Of a stretch of 64,000 bases of DNA, positions 1 through 13,413 are shown in pieces. The position numbers and the translations under genes were made by a program. The DNA comes from Paragordius varius (lineage: Eukaryota; Animalia; Nematomorpha): NCBI GenBank assembly GCA_964247055.1, contig OZ176058.1, forward strand, positions 682,001 through 746,000, read 5' to 3'. The notes below the pieces were generated by a model. It was not told the origin of the DNA and searched no databases. It was given only the letters and a program-made list of their open reading frames with translations. Within the stretch, counting starts at the first letter, position 1; the number at the start of each line of letters is the position of its first letter.

Positions 1-423
1 TAAAAAAATTTTTTTTGACTAAAAAAAGTCATTTTTTTAAACTATAAATGTTTCAATAAATTTAGTTAAACTTAAATGATTTATATAAGGTTGATTATAT
101 ATTGATAGTAAAAATATAATTAAAATTTTACGGACAAAACGAAATTAATTTTGGTTACGAAAATATTATATATCATTTAAAGTTCAAATACACCCTTGAA
201 CGATTCAAATCCACCCTAAAAATAAAATATGTGTTTTCGGGCAGTTAATATAACTAACATTTATAAAAAAATCTAGATTTATGGCGCATAGTTTATATTT
301 TTCAGTATAATTTTAAACATTTCCTTTTTAAAAATATAGTTTTTAAATTTATATATAATTCATTTTTAGGGTGAATTAAAATTGTTCGAGGGTGAATTTG
401 AATCTGGTATATATTTTCACTTA

Positions 424-1862
424 CAGGAAAAACTAAAATTATACGGACGAAATGTAAAAATATAAAGAAAAATATTTTTTTCAAAAGACAATCATACTCT
501 TTTAATCTTGATTTTACTAATAAAACTCATTTTAAAATGCTAAGAATAAAAAAAGAGATTTATATTGGTAACATAATCAATTATAGATTTTAGGCTTGTT
601 ATTTAGTATATTACTAGGATTAATTTAGGTTTGAAAAAGTATGGTTGTTTAGAAAAATTTTTTTTATCACTTTATTTTTAAGTTTTGTCCATATATAATA
701 TTTACTGTAATATAATCATTATGTATAATTGAAGTTAAAAAGTTTGTAAAGGGAAAATTTTAAAAATAAGGATGGTTATTATAGAAATATCTTTTTATTT
801 TTACGGTTTGTCCGTATAATTTCCTTTACTCTAAATCTGGGCTTATTAAAGTTAATCATGATTTTTCGAATAGATGGATATGTTAAGGTAGTAGCTAATT
901 TAACCGTAAAAATTTAAATTATACGGACAAAACGTAAAAATATAAAGATAATGTTTTTTTCAAGAGACAACCATATTTATTTAATCTTGATTTTTTTAAT
1001 ATATAACTCATTGTTATAAACTACAAAGTATAATATAGTAATGTAAATTGATAACACAATAAATTATGTAATTAAACTTTGATTAATTAAGATTTAAAAA
1101 GTATGGTTGTTTTTTGATAGATTGAAATTATACGGATAAAACCTAAAAAAATAAAGACATTATTTTTATTTAAAAGACAACCCCATACTTTTTCAAACAT
1201 AAATCCTTTTAAAAGTATTTAATAAGAATCTTGAAATATGTTATTAATTCTGTTACCAATATACATAATTATTTTGGTCTGCAATTTAAAAACAATGAGT
1301 TATATTTAAAATAATCAAGCTATGGTTGTCTTTTCCAAAAAAATTGTCTTTATGTATTTTCCAGTTTTGTCCGTATAATTTCAAATTTTGCTGTATTTTT
1401 CTTCTAAATAACAACCATACTTTTTTAATCTTGATTTTTTTATTATATAACTCATTGTTTTAAACTACAAAATAATATAAAATAGATTGCGTTACCACTA
1501 TACATGTCTATTTAATGCTTTCCAATTTAGAACAATAAGTTATAATTACAACTAAGGTTTTAAGGATGGTTGTTTTTCTTTATATTTTCACGTTTTGTCC
1601 GTAATATAATTCATTTTCAGTGAAAATCTTGCTTTATTATGCATAAAAAAACTCATACAATGAAAATGGGTAAGCAGATTAAAGTATAATTATAAATTTA
1701 AAATATTTATTTCATTGTAAATACAAATTTCAATTTTCATAATATATATAATTATATATATATATATATATAATCATAAATTTTATATAGGATATGATAT
1801 TATAAATGCAATATATATATATTTTCTAAATCTAATGTTAATTTTCTGGTATATAAATGGTG

Positions 1863-1903
<41 letters not shown>

Positions 1904-2730
1904 TGTATAAAAAAATCAAAATCACCGATAAATTGGAAAAATAAAATAATTTGAAAATTTATGCAAAAAAAGAAAAGAATATAATTTATGCTTAGTTACA
2001 GAAAGAGCAAAATAAAAGGCTGGTTGATTGGATCTTTAATTGGCTTATAAAAAGAAAAAAAAGTGTTTTAGAATATTTTTTGCTAAAATATTTTTTCATT
2101 ATTCACTAATTAATAGAATATTTTAACTAATAATTATTCTTTTTACTGATGCTTGTTTTATTAAATTATTACAGTAAAATGAAATTATACGGACAAAACG
2201 TAAAAATATAAAGACAAATATTTTTCTAATATACAACAATACTTTTAAAATTTCATTCAGATGTATATTGGTAAAATAATCAATTATATATTTTGTTGAT
2301 ATTAAGTTTTTACTAGGATTAATTTAGATCTTAAAAAGTATGGTTGTATTTTAGACTAAAATATTTGCCTTTATATTTTTGTTTTGTCCGTATAATTTCA
2401 GTATTTACTGGATATAATATATATATCACACCATATTAAATATACACATATTTTAGGATAAAAAACGAAATTATACTATGGACAAAACAAAATATAAAGA
2501 CAAAATATTTTATTTAAAGACAACCATGCTATTTTATTCAATTATTACCTTATATATATAATATTTAATTACAATTGTAAAATATATAATTGTGTTATTA
2601 CAATCGATATTCCTATTTTATACTTTGCAATTATTAATTATGGTTTATATTTTTTAAAAAATTTTAAGATTTAAAAAGTATGGGGTTGGTTGCTTTAAAA
2701 TAAAAATATATGTCTTTATATTTTTGTCCT
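424..2730. mobile_element. cluster of intact and decayed family E (and B) MITEs
   Basis: Repeated TATACGGACAAAAC / GTTTTGTCCGTATA inverted pairs. Confidence 0.75.
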
Positions 2731-3372
2731 AATTATTTTTTCAATTTATGTAATATATAATCATATTCAAGTATATATCATTTAGTTTTAAGCTAAATTT
2801 TACAGAAAAAACTTATAGTTTTTCAATCACTTTTCAAATTTCTGTTAGTATGGAGGCCAAAATATATTTATATGCCAATTATATTTTTTTTAGCTTTTTT
2901 GCAAGATTTATTTTTCGAATATAACACAGTTTTAAATTTTCAGTGTAAACTTTATTTATTGTTGAAACTTTATAAACAATCAACTAATTTATCACTTTGA
3001 TATCTAATTAATAGGTAAATAATACATTTTTAAACAAATTTTGCGGTTAATATAAATTTTATTTTGGGTTTTTTCAGATCTTTTTTATACTAAAACTCTA
3101 GAGAGTTTTATAATATAATTCTCGATAGAAATATATGTGAGTTTCAAAAGAGTAATTTAAGCACTTTTTAAGTTTTGAAATGTAGTAGAATATATCTTGT
3201 CAGTGTTTTTCGTTTAAAGGTATATCACTTTAAATTTTATTACAAAAGTTCTAATAGTATCATTTTCGACAGAAATATATGTTTTAAAAGTGCAATTTAA
3301 ACATTTTTTTTAAACTTTCAAGTTTTTCGTTTTTAAATGCTGTGCGTAGAAGAATAGGGGTATATCACGGGG

Positions 3373-5296
3373 TTATTTTGAGCATAGTTGAATTGATCCT
3401 AAATCACCAATAGTTGATGGATTTGTAGTATTGTGCGTTTGTGGGTTTAAAATCCAATAATTAAAAACATCTCTAAATTTTATAGGAAAAAAAAATTGTT
3501 AAATATAGCAATTAAAAATTTTAATTTATAATATTTAAATTTAAAAAGGATTTTTAAATGTTTCAAAAAGTCAACCATATATTTAGTATCATTAATTTTT
3601 ATATATACGTTAAAATTGAAATTATACGCGAGGACAAAAAAAATAAAACAAATGTTTATTTTCACTAATACAATGATACCTTTTTGAACCTCAATTTTTA
3701 TTTACTAGAAATAAAATTATATTACTAATTTATATTCTTTCTTTTATATTTTGCAAAATATAGCATATCAAAAAAATATATTTAGATTTTTTATGTTTTA
3801 CCCTTATAATAATTACTGCAAGTTCAAATGATTAGGTTACAATAAAAATTGAAATTATACTATGTAAGGACCAAACGTAAAAATATAAAGACAAATATTT
3901 TTTTTCTATTTTTACAAAAACCTTAATTTTTCTTTATATTAGCTATTTAGTTACAATTGTAAAATATAGAAATGATTGTTTTAGTAATATATATCTCTAT
4001 TTCACACTTTGCCATTTAAAACAATGAGTTATATTGTTATATATCTGGATTTAAAAAGTATAGTTGGTTGTCTTTTAAAAAAAATATTTGTCTTTATATT
4101 TTTACGTTTTGTCCATGGTATAATATCAGTTTTTACTGTAAATATATCAATTGAAATTAGAAATATATATCATCATTTAAGCCACATATATAATTGTAAA
4201 ATACATTTTGGAAAAGCAAATAGTTAGACTTTTTCCTATAGCATTTGCACAGTTCAGGAGTGTCTTTAAAGACTTTAAATTGGTCATTAAACATTTAAGT
4301 TGGTCCTCGAAAACTTTTTTGTTTTGCTTTTATTAACTTTTATCAATCTAATCGTATAAATAATTTATCTATTTTATCATTTTTAACCTAATCTATATAA
4401 TCTTTAAATCAATATCAACTTTTAGTTCAAATCTAACTAGAAGTTTCAGAACCAACTGATGTTTAAGGAGCGTCTTAAAATGTCCAAGGACAAACTTTAA
4501 GTGTTCAAGAATAAACTTGAAGTGTTCAAGGTCAAATTTGAAATGTTTAAGGACCAACTTGAAATGTTCAAGGATACTCTTGAAATTCTAATGGTAAATT
4601 TGAAGTGTTCATGGACAAACTTGAAGTTTTCATAGACAAACTTGAAATGTTCAAGGACAAACTTAAAATATTCAAGGACAAATTTGAAGTGTTCAAGAAC
4701 CAACTTGAAGTGTTCAAGGACCAACTTAAAATGTTTAAGTGCAAACTTAAAGTGAGGACAAACTTGTAATATTCAAGAAGGACGATCTTGAAGTGTTCAA
4801 AAAAAAACTAGAAGTGTTCAGGAATTAACTTGAAATGTTCAAGGACAAACTTAAGTGTTAAAGGAAAAACTTGAAGTGTTCAAGGACCAACTTAAATTGT
4901 TTAGGAACCAACTTGAAGTGTTCAAGGACAAACTTGAAGTTTCAGAAAAACTTATGTTCAAAGACCAACTTAAATTGTTCAGGAACCAACTTGAATTGTT
5001 TGAAGTGTTCAAGGACCAACTTAAAGTATTCAAGGACCAACTTGAAATTTTTAATGAAAAACTTGAAATGTTCAAGGACAAATTGAAGTGTTCAAGGACA
5101 AAACTTGAAATGTTCAAGGACCAACTTAAACTGTTTAAGGACCAACTTGAAATGTTTAAAGATCAACTTGAAGTTCAAGGAAAATCTTAAAATATTCAAG
5201 GACAAACTTGAAGTTTAAGAAAAACTAATGTTCAAACAACTTGAAATGTTCAAGAACCAACTTGAAAGTTCAAGGACACTCTTGTAATCCAAATGG

Positions 5297-5328
<32 letters not shown>

Positions 5329-8300
5329 TGATTAAATACAATATTATTTTAGTTTTAAATTACTTGCAATGCGAAACAACACAATAATCCGAACAGTAAG
5401 GTTCAGTCGGCCTGTTTAAATTTTCATTGGGTATTACTTCAACGAAATTTTTATAATTTTGACAATCAAATCTTTGACAATTGGTAGAATTAAAATCGTA
5501 ATTTGAATTATTATTGAGAATATTACTTTGGTTATCCTATCAAATATATATATATATATACAGTAGCGTATGGCATAAAACATTATTAGTCCATAATAAA
5601 ATTAAAAATTGTTTTTTTTAGAAAAAACAAGGGGATATTATAGATATGTGTAAATACACCTAGGTTTGTTTTTTTTTTAAAAAAAAACATTTGTTTATTC
5701 TTTTATGGACTAATAATGTTTTATGCCATACGCTACTGTATATATATATATATATAATGGTAGGAAACATTTATATTGGCTGGAAAAATCATAAATTTGA
5801 TCTAAATTACAGTAAAAATGATAAATTATACAGATGTGTGCGTCAAAACTAAAAAAATTTTTTTTTCAACTATAAACCTTGATATACTATTTACAATTCA
5901 AATTCACCCTTAAAAAATTCAAATTCACCCTTATTCAGATTAATCCTTGAACAATTCAAATTCACCCACAAATTTAAATTCGTCTTAAAATAAATTGAGT
6001 GTGTTTAGATTATAAATACCTATTAAATATTTATATATATTTAAAAAATTTTTTTTTCAAATTATTATAATGCTGAAAAAATAATTAACTATGCGCCATA
6101 AAGATATATATCATATTAATAATGAATTAGATTAGTTTGAAAATTCATAATCTATTAGAATGAATTTAAATTGTTTAAGGGTGATTTTAAACTGTAAATG
6201 GTATATAGATCTCTATTTCACATTTTGCCAATTTAAACAATGAGTTTTATTAAAATAAATCAGGATTTAAAAAGTAAAATTGTCTTTTTGAAAAAAGCAT
6301 ATGTTTGTCCGTATAATTTTAGATTTTACTGTAAAAATGTTAAAAAGAATTGTTGAGCGCTGATAAATACTCATTAACCATTATAAATACACTTTAAATC
6401 AAAATTGTATCCCTTTAACCAAAAATATGTCCAAAAAAACCAATAATAATATAACATTTTTCTGGAAAGTTATCAACAATATTTGAATAAAATATCTAAT
6501 AAAATCAACATAAATTCTTTTAGACCAAAAATTTTTTAAGCAAAATTTTTTCTAAAAAACCAATAAAATTAATTTTACATTTTTGCAAAGAAGGATTTGA
6601 GTAACTAAAAATATCATACAAAATTACATTTTATAAAAAAATTTTTTTAATCAATATAGATTTCTTTTAAGCCAATCAATCCAAAAAATATATCTAAAAA
6701 ACCAATAAAATTAATTTTACATTTTGTGATTAAGTATCAAGAGTGTTTGTAAGCTAATAAATACTTTTTTTCAATATAAATGCTTTTTAAACCAAAATTT
6801 TGACTTTTTTAACCTACAAACATAATCTAAAAAACCAATATAAATACTCTTTAAACCAAAAAATATATCTAAAAAAACCCAAAAAACAAAATAAAAACCA
6901 AAATAATTTTACATTTCTTGCAAGGATTTTAAATAATTAATATTTTTATTAATATATGTTATTCAACAACCGTTTAAGGTAATAAAGACCTAAAACACCA
7001 ATATAAATGCTTTTTAAACCAATAAAAAGACTTTTAAACCAAATTTTGAATATTTCAACCAAATTTATATAAAACACCTAAAAAATATTTTTTTTAAAAA
7101 AACTATAAAAACCAAAATCTTACATTTTGGCAAAGAGGTTATACAAAATAACATTTTATAAAACAACTTTGTTAGTCAATATAAAAACTCTTAAATGATT
7201 ATTTTGATTTTTCAACCTAAAATTTCAAAAAACCAATAAAACCCAAATTTTTTCCATAAAAAACCAATAAAAACCAAAATAATTTTACATTTCCTGCAAT
7301 GACGTTTAAATAATTAATATTTTTATTAATATACGTTATTAAACAACCATTTAAGGTAATATACCTAATAAATAAAAATTCCTTTTAGGCCAAAATTTTA
7401 ACTTTTAAATCCAAAATTATATAAAAACCCAAAAAATATATCTAAAAAAACAATAAAAACCAAAATTATACATTTTCTGAGAGGAGATTTGAAAAATTTA
7501 AATTGTGGTTATTAACAATTATATACGTTACTTAAAAAAATGTTCAAGCTAATAAAATACTTAATAAACCATTATAAAGACTTCTTAAACCAAAATTTTA
7601 ACTTTTAACGCAATATATCTATAAAACCCAAAAATTTTATCATAAAAAAACCAATAAAAACCAACATAATTTACATTTCCTGGTAAGAGGATTGAATAAA
7701 TATTTTTATTAATATACGTTATTCAACAACCGTTTAAGGTAATAAATACCTAAAACACCAATATAAATGCTTTTTAAACCAATATAAATTCAATTTAACC
7801 CAAAAATATATCTAAAAACCCAAAAATTAAATCTAAAAAACCAAATTAATTTACATTTTCTGAGAGGAGATTTGAATAGTTAATCAAAATATTATACAAA
7901 ATTACATTTTATAAAACAACTTTTTTAACCAATATAAATTCCATATAAGCATATTAACCCAAAAAATATATAAAAAAAACAAAATTTTTTTAAAAAAATG
8001 TTCAAGCTAATAAAATACTTAATAAACCAATATAAATACTTTTTTCAACCTAAAACATAATCTAAAATAACAAATAATATATAAAACCCAAAAATATTTC
8101 CATAAAAAATCAATAAAAACCATAAAATTATACAATTCCTGGAAGGATGTTTGAAAAATTAATATTTTTATTAATATAAATTCCTTTTAAGCCAATTAAC
8201 CCAAAAAATATATCTAAAAAATACATTTTGTGATTAAGTATCAAGAGTTGATTCATAAGCTAATATATGCTTTTTAGCCAATATAAAGTGCTTTATATTA

Positions 8301-10881
8301 ATATAAATTCATTTTAACCCAAAATATATATCTAAAAAACCAATAAAACCCAAACAAAATAAAAAGACTTTTTTAGCCAATATAAATACTTTTTAATCAA
8401 TACAAATACTTTTTAATCAATACAAATACTTTTCTAGCTAATATTTTATAAAAAACTACAAAAAACCAAAAAAATAATTTACATTTCCTGAAAGGAGGTT
8501 TGAATAATTAATATTTTGCTTATTAGCAATTATAAAATATTAATATACGCTATTCAACAATCGTTTAAGGTAAAAAAAACCAAATAAACCAATATAAATT
8601 CCTATTTAGCCAATATAAAGACTTTAAATTAAATTTTTCAACCTAAAACATATATCAAAAAACTCATAAAACCCAAAAATTTTTTTTTTAAAAAAAATCA
8701 AAACAAAAATAATTTACATTTCCTGGAACAAGGAGATTTGAATTATTAATATTGTGCTTGTCATTCAATAAAATTCTTAAAATATTACTAGGCGACTTTT
8801 TAAATACTTTCTCGGCCAATATAAATTCTCTTTAAACCAATAAAACCCAAAAAATATATGTAAATAAAAACCAATAAAAACAAAATTATACCATAAAACT
8901 CCAAATTTTTTAATTTAAAAACCAAAATATATGCATAAAAAAAATTATAATTTACATTTCCTGGAACAAGGAGATTTGAATTATTAATATTTTTATAAAT
9001 ATACGTTATTCAACAACCGTTTAAGTTAATGAAAAACTTAAACCAATTTAAATTCCTATTTAATCAATAAAAAGATTTCTTAAACCAAAATTTTGACTTT
9101 TTTAGTCAAATCATATAAAAACCCAAAAAATTATATAAAAACCTAAAATATAAATCTAAAAAACAATATAAAGTTTTAAATTAAATTTTTTAATTAAAAA
9201 AACTAATAAAAACCAATATTTTACATTTCCTGAACCAAGGAGATTTGAATAATTAATATCCTTATTAATTATAAAATATTATTATTCAACAACCATTTTA
9301 GTTAATAAAATACCTAATAAACCAATTTTAATTCCTATTTAAACCAAAATTTTGAATTTTAAAACTATTTGATTTTTCAACCTAAATAATAAATCTAAAA
9401 ACCCAAAATTATATAATAAAACCTAAATAAACCAATAAAAACCAAATAAAAATCAAAATTAATTTACATTTCCTGGAACAAGGAGATTTGAATTATTATT
9501 AATATTTTGCTTGTCATTCGATAAAAATCTTAAAATATTACTAGGTGTCTTTTATACCACTTTCTTGGCCAATATAAATTCTTTTTAAACCTAAAAATAA
9601 ATCTAAAAACCCAAAAAAAAAACCAAATTTTTACATTTCCTGCAAGGATTTTATTATTGAAAAACCGTTTAAATAAATAAAAACTTAATAAACTAATATA
9701 TATTCACTTTTAAACCAAAAATATATCTAAATAAGAACTAATAAAAACAAAATTATACCAATAAACCAAAAAAAAATTTTTAAAAAACTACAAAAAACCA
9801 ATAAAAAACAAAAATAATTTTACATTTTCTGAGAGGAGATTTGAATAATTAATATTTTGCTTGTCATTCGATAAAAATCAAAACAAAATTATACCATAAA
9901 ACCCAAAAACAATTTTCAATCCAAAAATATATTTTTTTAAAAAACCATAAAAAACCAAAATCTATTTACATTTCCTGGAACAAGGATGTTTGAATAATTG
10001 TTAATATTTTGCTTGTCATTCGATAGAAATCTTTGAATGTAAGCCCGTTCATTTTCAATCCCAATATTAATGTAATTAGTTTCAAGCTTTTCAATATTAT
10101 TGCTATTGTTCGAATTAAATTCATTTTCATTGGAATTACAATTGGAATTTAAAATAATCTTTGAGTTTTTGGTTAAATTAACATTTTGTAATTTATTTTT
10201 TGTTGAATAATTTTGTTGTTTAAGGGCAGTTTTTGAAGCAGGATTGGTTATGTTTGAATGGGAATGTTGAGATGATTCTAAGATAATAAAATAAATAAAA
10301 AAATGATTTAAAAATGGAAAATACAGTCATGTATCCTTTATTTTATCATAAATTTATTTTTTTTTTGTTAATTGGGGGGCTAAATATATTTGTTAAAGAA
10401 TATGGAAAAAACAAAAAGAGCTCTATGTGGTAATTTTTTATACTTTTTTTGCAAAATATGATATTGTTAATACTACATAGAGCTCTTTTTGTTTTTTTCC
10501 ATATTCTTTACCAAATATTTATACCATCATTTAACAAAAAAAAGAAAATAAAATGATTCAAAAATGATTAAAAAAAATTAAAATACAGTCATGTATCCTT
10601 TATTTTATCAAAAATTTATTTATTTTTTCGTTAAATGGGGGTATAAATATTTGGTAAAGAATGAAAAAAAAACAAGAGCTCTATATGATATTAGAATTTT
10701 ATATTCTGCATCTAAAAAGTATAGGAATTTACCATAGAGCTCTTGTTTTTTCCATATTCTTTACCAAATATTTATACGCACCCATTTAACAAATAAAAAT
10801 TAATTTTTGATAAAATAAAGGATACCTGACTGTATATATATATATATATATATATAAATGGTGCTTATTTTATGCTTATAC

Positions 10882-10913
<32 letters not shown>

Positions 10914-13377
10914 TATATTATTTATATAAATGGTAATTATTCTATACTATAGTATGGCAATTTGCAACACAAGACAGTAGTGTATGGAAAAAAGAGAGGG
11001 AATAATTGTTTATTCCCCCTTGTTGTTGTTTTTTCCCATACACTAGTGTGTTGTGTTGCGAATTGCCCAACTAATGTATGTTTGACCATTAAAATGCATA
11101 CTGTATATACAAAAGTTTATTTTTAAAAATCCTGATATTTCATATTATTATATGGCTTTTATATATTAAAATTAAAAAAATTCATACTTATAATAGAAGT
11201 AAATTTTATCGATAAAGGTTATAGGTTAAAGAAAACTTTTTTGACGTTTTAAATTATATTATTTCTCAAAATACAAAATAAATTTTTTTTAAATTATTTA
11301 TATATATATGCCATTTATAATTTAAATTCACCCTTAAACAATTCATATTCACCCTAAAATTAATTATGTGCTTTTTAAGATTAAAATAACCTATAATTTA
11401 AATATTAATAAAATTTTGTTTAAAATTAATATATTACTAAAAAAATAATAAACTATGTCATAAGAATATATACTTTAAATTAATGATGAGTTATATTAGC
11501 CCGAAAACGCATAATTTTTTTTAGGGTAAATTTGAATTGTTCAAGGGTGAATTTGAATTGTAAATGGTATATATAATTTATATTTTTAAATTAATGCTAT
11601 ATATACTCTAAAAATCACAATTTTTTTAAATAAAAATATAAAATATAAGGGTTTATATTTATATATATATATATATATATATAAATATTCTAAAAATCAT
11701 ATTTTTCTTATAAAATCAAAATTAAAATCGAAATATATACTATACATATTCCAAAAATTATAATTTTTTCAAAAAAATTTATAAAAAATAAAAATATACT
11801 ATTATTTTGAGCTATTTTAGATTTCGATGTGGAAAAAAATATATTATTATTATCATCGTTTTGTTGAGTGGTGAAATTATCGCCTTTTGTAGCATTATTG
11901 TTAGGATTAAATTTAGCCTTAGAATTCGAAGGGGAAATCAGGTGATCTGCATGCGAATTTTGATTAAGATTGGTGAAAAATGGTTTATAACTCGTAACAT
12001 ACCCTTCGCCAGTCTAAAAAATTTATAAATAAAATAATAGTTGAAAAAATTAAATATTTTTAAAAAAATTATATAAATATTTCTTAAAAACCTAAAAAAA
12101 ACATACTATTTTTTATATTCTTAAAAAATTATATATATATTTCTTGAATAAACAATTCTAAGAATGTTAACCTAAAAATAAATCTATAAAAAATTATATA
12201 AATATTTCTTGAAAACAATTTTTAAAATGTTAACTTAAAAAATAAATCCAAAATTTTCAATTTAAGTATGAAATTTTTTTATAAATTTTCATTTGAAAAA
12301 TGCCAGTCTAGAAATTATAAAAAATATATTATACATTTATTAAAAAATTAAATAATTTCAAAAAAAAATAAATTTAAAAAACATAATATTCCTAATTATT
12401 ATCAGTCGCATAGTCAAAAAATACTATTTTTTATATTCTAAAATTAGAAAAATGGTTTATAACTAGAGACATATCCTTCGCCAGTCTAAAATTTTTAAAA
12501 AAAAATATATAGTTATGAATTGCTTAATAATTACTTAAAAATTTCTATAAAAATTAAATATTTTCAAGAAAATTATATAAATATTTTTTAAAAAACAATT
12601 TTTGAAATGTTAACCTAAAAATAAATCCAATATTTTAATTAAATATGGAATTTCTTTATAATTTTCCATTTCAAATATGAAATATGGTTTATAACTGGTA
12701 ACATACCCTTATTCAGTTTAATAATTAAATTATAAATTAAATCTATAAAAATTTATCTAAATATTTCTTGAAAAACAATTTTAAGAATGTTAACCTAAAA
12801 ATAAATCCAAAATTTTAGATTTAAATACGGAATTTTTTTTATAAGTTTTCATTTTAAATATGCCAGTGTAGAAATTATAAATAATATATAATTATACATT
12901 TATTAAAACATTAAATAATTTAAAAAATTATATAAATTTAAAAAACATAATATTCTTAATTATTATCAGGCGCATAGTCAAAAAATACTATTTTTTATAT
13001 TTTAAAATATGGGAAATGGTTTATTCGTAACATACCCTTTACCAGTCTAAAAAATTATGAAAAATAAAATAATAGTTAAAAAAATTAATATATATATATA
13101 TAATTACTGACTATTTTTTTAATTAAAAATATATTTATCATTTTATAAAAAATAAATATTTTATAATAGCAAACTTTTCCATTATTTCCAGAGAGGGTGC
13201 TTGAATTTTTCATACGATAATCCGCCAGCTTTCTGATATAATCTTTTTTAGCCATCTCAGTTTTGCGTTTATAAGTCTAAGAATAAGTAATTAATAAAAT
13301 AAAACTATAAATTTATTAATTAAATTATATTTTAAATACTTTTTTTTATTTTTTTAAATAATTTATATTGATGGTAG

Positions 13378-13413
<36 letters not shown>

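Noticed and set aside
1985-2050. Possible small exon (SYRKSKIKGWLIGSLIGL*)
   Set aside because: Too short, with no partner exon or homology recognisable.
4497-5190. Heptad leucine-zipper-like ORFs (LEMFKDQ)n on both strands
   Set aside because: They arise from a stop-poor 21-bp repeat inside a TIR element; several frames on both strands are open and there is no splice or start context.
4450-5280. Heat-shock element array (GAA/TTC inverted pentamers)
   Set aside because: Spacing is GAA-NNN-TTC rather than the GAA-NN-TTC required for HSF binding.
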